Source: an uncultured bacterium (GTDB lineage Bacteria > Krumholzibacteriota > Krumholzibacteriia > JACNKJ01). From it: DNA of 64,000 nucleotides. The DNA lies in the NCBI GenBank assembly GCA_963695095.1, contig CAVOFT010000001.1, positions 480,001 to 544,000 on the forward strand, read 5' to 3'. Each line of letters begins with the position of its first letter. The first letter of the stretch is position 1. The position numbers were made by a program, and so were the translations under genes. Positions 1 through 13,745 of this stretch are shown here, in pieces. The notes under the pieces were generated by a model. That model worked only from the letters and a program-made list of their open reading frames with translations. It was not told the DNA's origin and did no database searches.

Positions 1-1
1 G

Positions 2-4108
<4,107 letters not shown>

Positions 4109-4281
4109 GATCGGGTCACTCCCTGTCAGTGCCGCGGACGGCCGCCAGGGCAAGAGTATCGCGCAGGCGGCGCGGCCCGGCAACGCCCAAGACGCCGCCA
4201 CCGCAGGCGGTCGCTGCCGCCTGTCTCGCTCGCCGACAGCCGCAATCGGAGTGAGATATCATGATTTAGGTGGCGATCCAC

Positions 4282-4311
4282 TTGACGGATCGACTTACGA
4301 TAGAGTATATC
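4282..4311 (+). promoter_or_regulatory. Probable sigma70-type promoter of the alcohol dehydrogenase gene
   Basis: TTGACG followed 18 nt later by TATATC in an AT-rich patch; the -35 is flanked by the inverted repeat GATCC..GGATC. Confidence 0.45.
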
Positions 4312-4394
4312 TTGGGGACAGCGCCTGTGCCGCGAACGAGCGTTCTTGCGCGGCAATTCAAGGCAGAGCCCCCAGTCATCTCAAGGAGCAACCC

Positions 4395-5435
4395 ATGAAG
4401 GTTCGTGGCTACGCCGCCCGGTCTGCCGATTCCCCCCTGGCCCCCTGGGAGTTCGAGCGCAGGAGTCCCGGCGTGAAGGACCTGCGCATCCAGATCGAGC
4501 ACTGCGGCATCTGCCACTCGGACATCCACTTCGCGCGCAACGAGTGGCAGTTCACGAGCTACCCCTGCGTGCCCGGGCACGAGATCGTCGGCCGCGTGGT
4601 CGAGGTCGGCAGCGGCGTCACGCGCCACCGCGAGGGCGACCTGGTCGGCGTCGGCTGCTTCGTCGACTCCTGCCGGACCTGCGGGAGCTGCAAGGAGGGC
4701 CTCCAGAACTACTGCGAGTCCGGCCCTCGCATGACCTACGGCAGCTTCGAAGCGGACGGGGCGACCCCGACCTACGGCGGCTACTCGACGCAGATCGTCG
4801 TCGCCGAGGACTTCGTCCTCAAGATTCCCGCCTCCCTCGATCCGGCCGGCGCCGCGCCGCTGCTCTGCGCGGGCATCACGACCTACTCCCCGCTGCGCCA
4901 CCTCGGCGTGACCAAGGGCACGCGCGTGGCGGTGATGGGACTGGGCGGCCTCGGCCACATGGGCGTGAAGCTCGCAGCGTCCTTCGGCGCCGAAGTCACC
5001 GTCCTCAGCCATTCGCCGTCGAAGGCCAGCGATGCCAAGCGCCTCGGGGCCCACGACTTCGTGCTCACCAGCGGTGCCGATGCGCTCGGCCCGCTCGCCG
5101 GCCGCTTCGACGTCATCCTCGACACCGTGTCGGCGGAGCACGACGTGAACGGCTACATCAACTGCCTCCGGCGGGACGGCACCCTGATCATGGTGGGAGC
5201 CTCGCCTACCCCCTTCCCGGTGGCGGCCTTTCCGCTCATCTTCGGCCGCCGCCGCTTCATGGGCTCCCTGGTCGGCGGCCTGCCCGAGACGCAGGAGATG
5301 CTCGATCACTGCGGGAAGCACGGGATCACGAGCGACGTGGAGCTGATCACCCCGGATCAGATCAACGCGGCCTACGACCGCGCCGTCAAGGGCGAGGTCA
5401 AGTACCGCTTCGTGATCGACTGCACGAAGTTCTGA
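4395..5435 (+). CDS. Zn-dependent NAD(P)H alcohol dehydrogenase (cinnamyl-ADH/YahK family)
   Basis: CGICHSD, GHEIVG, CxxCxxC(7)C Zn site, APLLCAGITTYSPL, GLGGLG and YRFVID motifs; AAGGAG RBS. Confidence 0.95.
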   Translation: MKVRGYAARSADSPLAPWEFERRSPGVKDLRIQIEHCGICHSDIHFARNEWQFTSYPCVPGHEIVGRVVEVGSGVTRHREGDLVGVGCFVDSCRTCGSCKEGLQNYCESGPRMTYGSFEADGATPTYGGYSTQIVVAEDFVLKIPASLDPAGAAPLLCAGITTYSPLRHLGVTKGTRVAVMGLGGLGHMGVKLAASFGAEVTVLSHSPSKASDAKRLGAHDFVLTSGADALGPLAGRFDVILDTVSAEHDVNGYINCLRRDGTLIMVGASPTPFPVAAFPLIFGRRRFMGSLVGGLPETQEMLDHCGKHGITSDVELITPDQINAAYDRAVKGEVKYRFVIDCTKF

Positions 5436-5834
5436 TCAATCCCCGCCCAGCGCGGCGGCGATCGCGGCCGGCAGGCGCAGCACCCGCCACTCGCGGTCGA
5501 TCACGCCATGGACGCTGTAGCCCTCGGCCAGCAGGGTCTCGCCGCGCCAGCCTTCGTAGGCGAAGCGCAGCTTGACGCGGCCCAGCTCGGCCAGGCGCGT
5601 GCGGATCTCGATCTCCTCATCATAGCGTGCAGGCGCCAGGATGCGCACGCCGTAGTCCACCACGGGGAAGAGAATGCCCTCCCGCTCGATCTCGGCGTAG
5701 GACTTGTAGCAGGCGCGCAGGAGCCCCGTCCGCCCCAGCTCCCAGTAGACCGCCCACTGGCCATGGTGCAGCACCCCCATGGCGTCGGTCTCGGCATAGC
5801 GCACGCGGAGCTGGCTGCGATGGACAGCGGGCAT
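5436..5834 (-). CDS. Acyl-CoA thioesterase (YbgC/4HBT hot-dog family)
   Basis: RVRYAETDAMGVLHH motif and PARYDE. Confidence 0.9.
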   Translation of the reverse strand: MPAVHRSQLRVRYAETDAMGVLHHGQWAVYWELGRTGLLRACYKSYAEIEREGILFPVVDYGVRILAPARYDEEIEIRTRLAELGRVKLRFAYEGWRGETLLAEGYSVHGVIDREWRVLRLPAAIAAALGGD

Positions 5835-5984
5835 GCCGGCAGCATGTCACGCCGCGGAGCCGCTGGCAAGCCGTGTCGGCGGGGTTGACGGCACTGCCGT
5901 CGCCCGCCCCTTGACGCCCCTCGGCCGCTGGTGGAGACTGCCCCGTCCGCCGCGCGCCGCGGCGGCAAAGCCCGCCAGGTCGCC

Positions 5985-8900
5985 ATGAAGCGCGCCGCAC
6001 CCCTCATCCTGCTGCTCTTCACGCTCTCGGGTGTCAGCGGCCTCGTCTACGAGCTCGTCTGGATCCGCCTCTTCAGCCATCTCCTCGGCGGCACCAGCTA
6101 CGCGATCAGCACCGTGCTGGCGGCTTTCATGGGCGGTCTCGCCCTGGGCAGCCGCTTCTACGGCCCACGCGCGGATCGCACGGAGCGACCGCTCCTCCTC
6201 TATGCCAAGCTGGAGCTGGGCATCGCCGTTCTGGGTGGGCTCATCTATCTCCTCCTGCTGGGGGCGCCGGGCGTCTACGCCCGCGTGGGCGGTGCCCTGC
6301 CCGCCCCTGCGCTGGCCCTGCTGCGCGTGCTGATTGCGGGCGCCCTGCTCCTGCCGCCCACCTTCCTGATGGGCGGCACCCTGCCCGTGCTCAGCCGCGT
6401 CATCGTCACCCGCCGCGACCGCCTGGGCCGCGGCCTCGGCCTGCTCTACGCCGTCAACACCTTCGGCGCCGTGCTGGGCTGCTTCCTGGCGGGCTTCGTG
6501 CTGATCGCAGCGTTCGGGCTGGGCGTGAGCACCCTGCTCGCGGTGCTGCTCAACCTGCTCATCGCCGGCGCGGCCTGGCTGCTCGACCGCGGGCTCTCAC
6601 CGCTTGCTGCCTCCGCCGACTACGCCCAGAGCCTGCTCGACACCCTGAACCCGCTGGGCGAGCCGGTGCCGGCCGCCGCGGCGGCGGCCACCGCCGAGTT
6701 GCCCGGCACGCTGCTCGCGTGGGTCTTCGCGCTCAGCGGCTTTGCCTCGCTGGGCTACGAACTCTACTGGACGCGCGGACTCCAGCACTTCCTCGGCAAC
6801 TCTACCTATGCCTTCAGCGCCATGCTGACCACCTTCCTGCTCGGCCTCGCCGCCGGCGGCTGGCTGGGGGGGCGCCTGGCGGACCGCGTCGCCTCCCCGG
6901 CGCGCCTGCTCGGCTGGGTGCAGCTGGCCGTCGGCCTGAGCGCTCTGGGGACCATGCTGCTCATCTGGCGCTGGCTGCCCTACGAGAGCAGCGCGGAGTG
7001 GCTGAACAGCCGCGCGCTCTCCTGGCCCGCCTATCTCACGCGGCGCTTTGCCCTGGCCTTCCTCGTCATGGCGCCGACCACCTTCCTCACCGGCATGACC
7101 TTCCCGCTCGTCAACCGCATCGGCATTCGCAGCCTTTCGCGCCTGGGTCGCGGCGTGGGCGGCCTCTACTTCGCCAACACCCTGGGCTCGATCGCGGGCA
7201 GCCTGGCGGCCGGCTTCCTGCTGCTGGCCCTCTTCGGCGCCAGGGACGCGCTGCTGGCCACCGCGCTGCTCAGCGCCGCGCTCGGCGTTCTGGTGCACCT
7301 GGCCCGCAGCCGCCGCGGCGCCCTCGAGCCCTGGCTGGCGGGCGCCCTGTTCGCGGGACTCCTCGCGGCGGCGCCCATCGCCCAGCGCAGCGGCCGCGCC
7401 CTCCTGGCCGACACGCAGGAGACGGGCGACACGGTGCTCTTCGATGTCGAGGACCACGCGGGCGAGACGCGCGTCTACCGCAAGGCAGGCGGGGATCTCC
7501 ACATGAGCGTGGACGGCCACCACATCGGCGGCACGGAGCCTGCGCTCCTGCGCAAGGAGAAGATCCTCGCCCACCTGCCCATGCTGCTCAGGCCCGACGC
7601 CAAGACGACGCTCTCGGTGGGCCTGGGCAGCGGCGTCACCCTGGGCACGCTGGCGCTCTATCCGGAGATCGAGCGGCTCACCTGCGTGGAAATCGTCCCC
7701 GGCGTCGTGGCCGGCGCCCGCTTCTTCGGCGGGCCCGCCAACGAGGTGCTCGCCGATCCGCGGCTGGACCTGCACGTGGGCGACGGCGTGCAGTTCCTGC
7801 TCACCACCGACGAGCGCTTCGACATCATCAGCAGCGACTCGAAGCTGAATCCGGAGTACGCGGGCAATGCGCCCCTGCTCTCGGTGGACTACAGCGCGCT
7901 CTGCCGCGATCGCCTCACGGACGACGGCGTCATGGTGCAGTGGCTGGCCGTTCATCTGCCGCTGGCCGACATCAAGATGATCGCGCGCAGCTTCGCGGCG
8001 GCCTTCCCGCACGTCGCCATCTACTGGTACGATCCCTACAACCTGATCCTCGCCGGGAGCAAGGCGCCGCTGGTGCTGGATCTTGACGGCGCGCGCCGCG
8101 GGCTCGCCCGCCCGGCCATCGCCGCCGATCTCGCTCCGCTGCAGCTCGCCGATCCCTACCTGTCCGCTTCGCTGTGGATCGCCGGGGACGAGGCCCTGCG
8201 CAGCGCGCTCGGCCCGGGCCCCGTGAACACCTGGCAGCGCCCGCGCCTGGAGTTCACGCTGGGCCGGAACTTCCGCAGCCAGACCCTCGCCTACCACGAG
8301 GAGGACGTCCTGCGCTGGCTGCACCTGATTCGCGACGGCGAGGGTCAGGCGCTCGCCGGCGCCGTCGATGGCGAGGCCTACCGGGCGCACATGGCGGCGG
8401 CCGGCAAGCTGCTCGAGGGCTTTGCCCAGGGGGGCGGCATCCGGCAGCTGGAGCCAGGCATCCCCTTCTTCGAAGCGGGGCTGGCCGCCTGTCCCGGCAA
8501 TGCGCGCCTGACGGCCCTGCTCGCGCAGTGGCGGCAGGCGGGCGAGCAGCTCGCTGAAGCCTATGCGGCAGGGCAGGTGACCACGCCGGACGGACTGTCG
8601 TTGATCGGCCTGCAGCGTCGCGAGCAGGGGCGCCATGCGGAGGCTCTCGTCGTCTTCGAGCAGGCGCTGGCCCTGCGCCCTCAGGATCCGGACCTCCAGT
8701 ACAACCGCCTGCTCACCCTGCGCGATCTCGGCCGCAGCGGCGACTATCGCGCGGCCCTCGACGCGTTTGCCGCCGCCTTTCCCCGCGATGCGCGCTGGGC
8801 CTCGCTCAAGGGGCGCCTGGCGGCCGACGATGGCAGCATGACCGAGGCGCTGGCCTTTTTCGAGCAGGCGGTGGCGCTGAACCCCGAAAACCCGACGACC

Positions 8901-9197
8901 TTGAACAACAAGGCCACCGCGCTGGCGCGGCTCGGCCGCTACCCGGAGGCCGCCCGCGCCTTCGAGGCGGTCTGCGCCCTGCAGCCCTCCTATCTCCAGG
9001 CCGCCTACTTCGCTGCCGCCAGCTACAGCAAGGCCGGTGAGCCGGCGGCGGCCGCGCGCTGGGCGCGCTACTGCCTCGACCACGAGCTGGCGACGCCGGC
9101 GCAATTCAGGGACGATCCGCTCTTCGACGGCTTGCGCGATTCGGCCTACTGGGATGGGGTCCGCGGCGAAGCGCGGGCGCCGGCGGGCGCTCAGTAG
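5985..9197 (+). CDS. Fused MFS-like membrane / spermidine-synthase-like protein with C-terminal TPRs
   Basis: About 13 hydrophobic helices with duplicated 'SG..L.YEL.W.R' and 'LY..NT.G' motifs; VGLGSGVT, VEIVP, GDG and FDIISSD SAM-binding motifs; TPR tail. Confidence 0.9.
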   Translation: MKRAAPLILLLFTLSGVSGLVYELVWIRLFSHLLGGTSYAISTVLAAFMGGLALGSRFYGPRADRTERPLLLYAKLELGIAVLGGLIYLLLLGAPGVYARVGGALPAPALALLRVLIAGALLLPPTFLMGGTLPVLSRVIVTRRDRLGRGLGLLYAVNTFGAVLGCFLAGFVLIAAFGLGVSTLLAVLLNLLIAGAAWLLDRGLSPLAASADYAQSLLDTLNPLGEPVPAAAAAATAELPGTLLAWVFALSGFASLGYELYWTRGLQHFLGNSTYAFSAMLTTFLLGLAAGGWLGGRLADRVASPARLLGWVQLAVGLSALGTMLLIWRWLPYESSAEWLNSRALSWPAYLTRRFALAFLVMAPTTFLTGMTFPLVNRIGIRSLSRLGRGVGGLYFANTLGSIAGSLAAGFLLLALFGARDALLATALLSAALGVLVHLARSRRGALEPWLAGALFAGLLAAAPIAQRSGRALLADTQETGDTVLFDVEDHAGETRVYRKAGGDLHMSVDGHHIGGTEPALLRKEKILAHLPMLLRPDAKTTLSVGLGSGVTLGTLALYPEIERLTCVEIVPGVVAGARFFGGPANEVLADPRLDLHVGDGVQFLLTTDERFDIISSDSKLNPEYAGNAPLLSVDYSALCRDRLTDDGVMVQWLAVHLPLADIKMIARSFAAAFPHVAIYWYDPYNLILAGSKAPLVLDLDGARRGLARPAIAADLAPLQLADPYLSASLWIAGDEALRSALGPGPVNTWQRPRLEFTLGRNFRSQTLAYHEEDVLRWLHLIRDGEGQALAGAVDGEAYRAHMAAAGKLLEGFAQGGGIRQLEPGIPFFEAGLAACPGNARLTALLAQWRQAGEQLAEAYAAGQVTTPDGLSLIGLQRREQGRHAEALVVFEQALALRPQDPDLQYNRLLTLRDLGRSGDYRAALDAFAAAFPRDARWASLKGRLAADDGSMTEALAFFEQAVALNPENPTTLNNKATALARLGRYPEAARAFEAVCALQPSYLQAAYFAAASYSKAGEPAAAARWARYCLDHELATPAQFRDDPLFDGLRDSAYWDGVRGEARAPAGAQ

Positions 9198-9742
9198 CGG
9201 GACTTCACCGCGGACCAGCTCGCCGGCTCGGTGGCGACCTCGTCGAAGCTCAGCGTGATGAACTGGTTGAGCAGCTCGTGGGGCGGATTGCCGAAGCCGT
9301 CGCCATAGAGATCGTAGAAGAGCCGCGAGCTGGGCGGGCAGGCCGCATCCACGTGGACGAGCAGGTCCAGGTAACCGAAGTCGCCGGCCGGGATCTCGCC
9401 CCACTCGTCGCCGGCGCCATCGACGTAGGACACTGCGCTGCCGGGCACGCCGAACATGTCGAAGACCCAGTCGCCGCCCGACGGCGAGTCGTCGTAGCTC
9501 ATCGCCACCACGATGCAGCAGCTGGGCAGCCGCAGATCGATGTCCGAGATCCAGTTGAAGTCGGGGCTCGTGTTCGTCACCTGCAAGCGCAGGGGGACGT
9601 ACTGACCCAGGCCCAGCGCGCCCGCGGGCGAAAGCTTGGTGATCGTGCTGCCCGTGAGATCCGCCGCGGCGGGGCCGGCGAGGGCCAGGACGGCGGCGAG
9701 CAGGGCGGCGAACAGACGCAGTTGTCGGCAGGATTTCCGCAT
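9191..9742 (-). CDS. Secreted hypothetical protein with C-terminal VATEPASWSAVKSRY motif
   Basis: Signal peptide (..LALAGPAAA), acidic beta-rich body, terminal motif; GAGG RBS before the ATG at 9742. Confidence 0.8.
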   Translation of the reverse strand: MRKSCRQLRLFAALLAAVLALAGPAAADLTGSTITKLSPAGALGLGQYVPLRLQVTNTSPDFNWISDIDLRLPSCCIVVAMSYDDSPSGGDWVFDMFGVPGSAVSYVDGAGDEWGEIPAGDFGYLDLLVHVDAACPPSSRLFYDLYGDGFGNPPHELLNQFITLSFDEVATEPASWSAVKSRY

Positions 9743-9987
9743 AGTGGCCTCAAGCATAGGCAAGACAGGCGATTAGGTCAAGATGGCCGGCGATGGGGCG
9801 CCTGCGGCTGCCCTCCGCTTCCCACGTGTTCCCGTCTGTGGGCGGGGGGGAAAGGCTTTGACGCTGCCTGGCGCTTCACTCACACTCGGCGCAACCGAGC
9901 GATACTGCAATTGCAGCGCCCGGCGGCGCAGTGCCGCCGCCGGCGCCCGTCCACCTTGCCCCGCCGGTGGCACCGAGGAGGTCCGCG

Positions 9988-12330
9988 ATGTTTCGGCTTT
10001 CCTACCCGCGCGCGCGGCGCGCCCTCTGCCTGCTGGCGCCCCTGACCCTCGTCGCCTGCGACGGCGGCAGCAAGGGGCCCAACACGCCGCCCCCGGCCGA
10101 GCCCGTGCTGACGCTGACCAGCGTCAGCGGCCGTTTCGAGCCGCCGGCCGGCTTCGCGCTGCCGGTCACCCAGTTCGCCGTGAGTTCGCTGGCCGCCTCG
10201 GCCACCGTGGCCGCCGACAGCAGCTTCACGCTCGATGTTCCCGTCGGCGACAATCTGCAGATCCTCTTCATCGCCCCGGTCGCGGGCGGCGATCCGGTCT
10301 CCCTCGCGCTGGTGGATCCCGGAACGCGCGGGGTGAGCGCCGATCTCGCGGCCTGCGCCCAGGCACTGGCCCTGAACAATCCGCTGCTGCTCTTCGCCGA
10401 CGCCGCCGACAAGCGCGAGTACCTGGCAGCCGTCGCCGCGAGCGCTTCCTACGCGCAGCTGACCAGCGCGCTGACCGCGCTCTACGCCGACGATCCGGAG
10501 ACGGCTCTGAACTACCAGCTCCATCCCCAGGTCTACCAGCTCGTGACGCAGGCCATGGCCGAGGGGATCGCCGCGCTCGCGGGCGGCGGGGCGCGCGTGC
10601 TCGCCGGCCCCAGCATCGCGGATCTGAGCGGCGGGGACGTCGCCTTCGTCAATCCCCGTCAGGTTTTCTACGGCGTGCGCGTGCTCAACATCGGCAACGC
10701 GACGAGCGCGGTCCACACGCTGCCCCCGGTGCGCCCGGCGGCCGTCGAATCCTGGGGCTGGCCGCCCACCTACGCCGAGGGCACGACGGAAACCACGCTC
10801 AACCTCGGGACCGGCAACTTCGACATCTACTTTGCGCGCGGACTGGACTACACGCGCTTCGAGACCTGGAATGACGCCGCCGGCCGCGCCACCCTGCTCA
10901 ACACCGGCCAGGGACTGATGGAGCTGGCGGCGCTCTTTCTCGGCACCCGTCCCTACACGGTGCCGGCGGACTATGCGGGCGTCGCCGATCACCTCACGCT
11001 GAATCAGGCGGAAATCACGAGCCTGCAGGTGGCGGCGGCGAACCGCGACGTCGAGGCCTACATCGGCGAGCTGGCTACGCTGCTGCGGGTCCATCGGACG
11101 GAGCTCGACGAGTGGTTCTGGGGCCTCGAGGCGCCCGCGCCGGTTGCCGCCTACTTGCAGCGTATGGGTCGCCTGCTCGGGGACCAGACGCAGGTCTTCC
11201 AGATTCTCGGCCGCGGCCGCGTCGCAACGCCCTTCTTCTACGACCTGCTCAACGCGCCGGATCAGATCAGCCATGCCGTCAGCCAGGATGGGGGCGGCCT
11301 ACTCATTTTGATCGGGCAGAATCTACCGCCGGCTGCCCGCTTCGGCATCTCGCCGGCCGCGGGCATCGTGGGCACGGAGTTCACTTTCGATGCGAGCACC
11401 AGCACGGACGACAACGATCCGCCCTCAGCGCTCGAGTTTCGCTGGGATTATGAGAGCGACGGGAGCTGGGATACGGCGTGGTCGGGCAGCAACTTCCTGG
11501 GCATCTTCAGCTACGGGGTGAGCGGCGCTTATCAGGCCACGCTGCAGGTGCGCGACGGCGATGGGTTGGTGGGCGAGCGCGTGCGCAGCGTCAACGTGGG
11601 TGGCGGCGCCGGCACGGCGACGCACGTGAAGTTCTTCAAGAATCTCGATGCCTGGGGCACGAACCGCGTCATCCCGGCGCTGCAGGCGATGGGCTTCACC
11701 GCCGGCGAGGGGCCGGACACCTACGAGGTGCTCAGCTCCGCGGCCATGGCCACGGCGCCCCTGGTGCCCGGCGAGGACCTTGTCATCCTCCACAACGACC
11801 AGGACCAGGCCTTCTACGACGACTATGCGGCGAACCAGGTGAAGTTCGCGAGCTTCGTCCATCGGGGCGGGGCCATGTTCTGGGAGGCCTGCGACGTGGG
11901 CTGGAACGGTGGTTCCATGGCCGCCGCCGGTCTCATCTTGCCGGGCAACGTGGTGCCCATCCCCTACTTCGCCAGCTACAACTACGTCGCCGACTCGCAG
12001 CTGCCCCTGGTGGCCGGCCTGCCGGTGACGATGTCGGGCAACTTCGCCAGCCACCAGGGCTTCGGCAACCTGCCGAATAGCACGACCATCTACACCGTGG
12101 ACAACAACACGCCGCAGGCGCCTACCCTGATCGAATTCAACCTCGGGGACGGCTGGGTGATCATGACCGGCCAGCCCCTGGAGTTCCACGAGCCCAGCGA
12201 CCCGCCCGCTCTGGGCAACCTGCTGCCGCGCATCCTGGGTTACTTCACCGGGCACTTCACGCCGGGCGCGCCGCGAACGCCCCAGCCGCCATCGGCACTG
12301 CCCGGCGCCACCAGCACCGAGCGCCCCTAG
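9988..12330 (+). CDS. Large lipoprotein with PKD domain and C-terminal GATase-like alpha/beta domain
   Basis: Lipobox LVAC; PKD signature 'FTFDASTSTDD..LEFRWDYESDGSWD..G.Y.ATLQVRD'; GAGGAG RBS. Confidence 0.8.
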   Translation: MFRLSYPRARRALCLLAPLTLVACDGGSKGPNTPPPAEPVLTLTSVSGRFEPPAGFALPVTQFAVSSLAASATVAADSSFTLDVPVGDNLQILFIAPVAGGDPVSLALVDPGTRGVSADLAACAQALALNNPLLLFADAADKREYLAAVAASASYAQLTSALTALYADDPETALNYQLHPQVYQLVTQAMAEGIAALAGGGARVLAGPSIADLSGGDVAFVNPRQVFYGVRVLNIGNATSAVHTLPPVRPAAVESWGWPPTYAEGTTETTLNLGTGNFDIYFARGLDYTRFETWNDAAGRATLLNTGQGLMELAALFLGTRPYTVPADYAGVADHLTLNQAEITSLQVAAANRDVEAYIGELATLLRVHRTELDEWFWGLEAPAPVAAYLQRMGRLLGDQTQVFQILGRGRVATPFFYDLLNAPDQISHAVSQDGGGLLILIGQNLPPAARFGISPAAGIVGTEFTFDASTSTDDNDPPSALEFRWDYESDGSWDTAWSGSNFLGIFSYGVSGAYQATLQVRDGDGLVGERVRSVNVGGGAGTATHVKFFKNLDAWGTNRVIPALQAMGFTAGEGPDTYEVLSSAAMATAPLVPGEDLVILHNDQDQAFYDDYAANQVKFASFVHRGGAMFWEACDVGWNGGSMAAAGLILPGNVVPIPYFASYNYVADSQLPLVAGLPVTMSGNFASHQGFGNLPNSTTIYTVDNNTPQAPTLIEFNLGDGWVIMTGQPLEFHEPSDPPALGNLLPRILGYFTGHFTPGAPRTPQPPSALPGATSTERP

Positions 12331-12358
12331 CGGCCGCAGCTCGTGCCGATCACCAATG

Positions 12359-12392
12359 CCGCCCCGGCTGCCGCGCCGGGGCGGTTTCGTTT
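12359..12392 (+). terminator. Rho-independent terminator
   Basis: 10-bp stem CCGCCCCGGC/GCCGGGGCGG with a 6-nt loop, followed by TTTCGTTT, between convergent genes. Confidence 0.75.
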
Positions 12393-12397
12393 GGGCT

Positions 12398-12937
12398 TCA
12401 GCGGCCGGGCCGGGCCGGCGTGCCTTCGACCACCTCGACCCCGCGCCGGCGGTCGGGCCCGACATTCGGGCACTGATCGCGCATCAGGCAGACTCGACAG
12501 CCCAGGCTGCGGCGCATGAGCTGGCGCATCACCATGAGCAGGATGAGCATGGCGGCCAGCAGCAGGTCCTTGAGGATCACCGGTCGCCCGCGCAGCTGCG
12601 CGAGCACAAGCACGAGGAAGGGGTAGGCCCACAGCAGGTGCACGCCGCGCATGGCCCGCTTCATGCCGCGGTAGAACTCCTGCTCGCGGCCGCGCCGGTA
12701 GAGTCGCGCGGCCAGCTTGCCCTTGAGCGAGATGCAGTGGCGCCCGTAGTAGGCGCAGTTCACGCAGGCGTTCCGAGGGTAGTGCACGTAGTGCACGGCC
12801 AGGAAGAGCAGGAGAAAGCCGCCGGTGAACCAGAGACCGAGATCGAGCATGAGCGCCGTGCCCGCCACTGCATAGACGACGGACGCCAGAGTCGTCAGCA
12901 GACCGATGCTGCGCGGGAATTCCCTGTAGCACTCCAT
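12398..12937 (-). CDS. Four-TM membrane protein with two Cys clusters
   Basis: Hydrophobic helices plus CVNCAYYGRHC and CRVCLMRDQCP; start MECYREF. Confidence 0.7.
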   Translation of the reverse strand: MECYREFPRSIGLLTTLASVVYAVAGTALMLDLGLWFTGGFLLLFLAVHYVHYPRNACVNCAYYGRHCISLKGKLAARLYRRGREQEFYRGMKRAMRGVHLLWAYPFLVLVLAQLRGRPVILKDLLLAAMLILLMVMRQLMRRSLGCRVCLMRDQCPNVGPDRRRGVEVVEGTPARPGR

Positions 12938-13133
12938 GGCGGCTTCTCGCTTCGAGTCCGCCCATTCTGCGCAAGCCAGCGCCTGCGGGCAAGGGATTCC
13001 CCGTCCGTGGGCGGCACGGCCCATGCAGAAACCCGCTGCGGCCGGATCCGGCCGCCGCAACGGGAAGCGGCAAGGGGGCTTGCGTCGAATCGCAGCCGCC
13101 GGCGAGCCGCAATGCGCAAGCGATGGCAGTGCC

Positions 13134-13745
13134 ATGTGGAAGCGTCTGGCAGTTCTGATCCTGGTCGCGGCCTGGAGCTATCACTCGTGGTCCCACCGGG
13201 AGCTCGAGCGGGCGCCGGGCGTCATCGCCGCCGAACCGCCCCAGCAGGCCGGCCTCGCCGGCATCGACCAGCGCATCCGGGGCGGCGCCAAGATCACCCC
13301 GCTGGCCACCTTCGATCTGCGGGCTCGCGTGCTCGGCATCAAGCGCTACCGCTTCGATGCCGCGGCACCGCTCGCGCCCTACGACTTGGCGCTGGGCTGG
13401 GGCCGCATGTCCGACAGCGAGGTACTGGCCGAGATCGACATCAGCCAGAGCGGTCGCTTCTACTTCTGGAACGCGCGGCGCCTGCCCATTCCGCGCGATG
13501 AGATCGTGGCCAGCAGCGCCAACATGCACATCATTCCCGCCAACGATGCCGTGCGCGGCGACCTCGCGCGGCTGCGCGTGGGGCACGTGATCCACCTGCG
13601 CGGATTCCTGGTCATGGCCGAGCGCAGCGATCGCGGCGTCTGGCTGAGCTCGATGACGCGCACCGACTCCGGCAACGGCGCCTGCGAGCTGGTCTGGGCC
13701 GAGCGCATCGATATCGTCGAGCCGCCGCCCGCTGCCTACAAGTAG
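13134..13745 (+). CDS. Conserved hypothetical exported protein
   Basis: N-terminal hydrophobic anchor; family-like motifs PYDLALGWG, SANMHIIPA, TRTDSGNGACE. Confidence 0.75.
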   Translation: MWKRLAVLILVAAWSYHSWSHRELERAPGVIAAEPPQQAGLAGIDQRIRGGAKITPLATFDLRARVLGIKRYRFDAAAPLAPYDLALGWGRMSDSEVLAEIDISQSGRFYFWNARRLPIPRDEIVASSANMHIIPANDAVRGDLARLRVGHVIHLRGFLVMAERSDRGVWLSSMTRTDSGNGACELVWAERIDIVEPPPAAYK

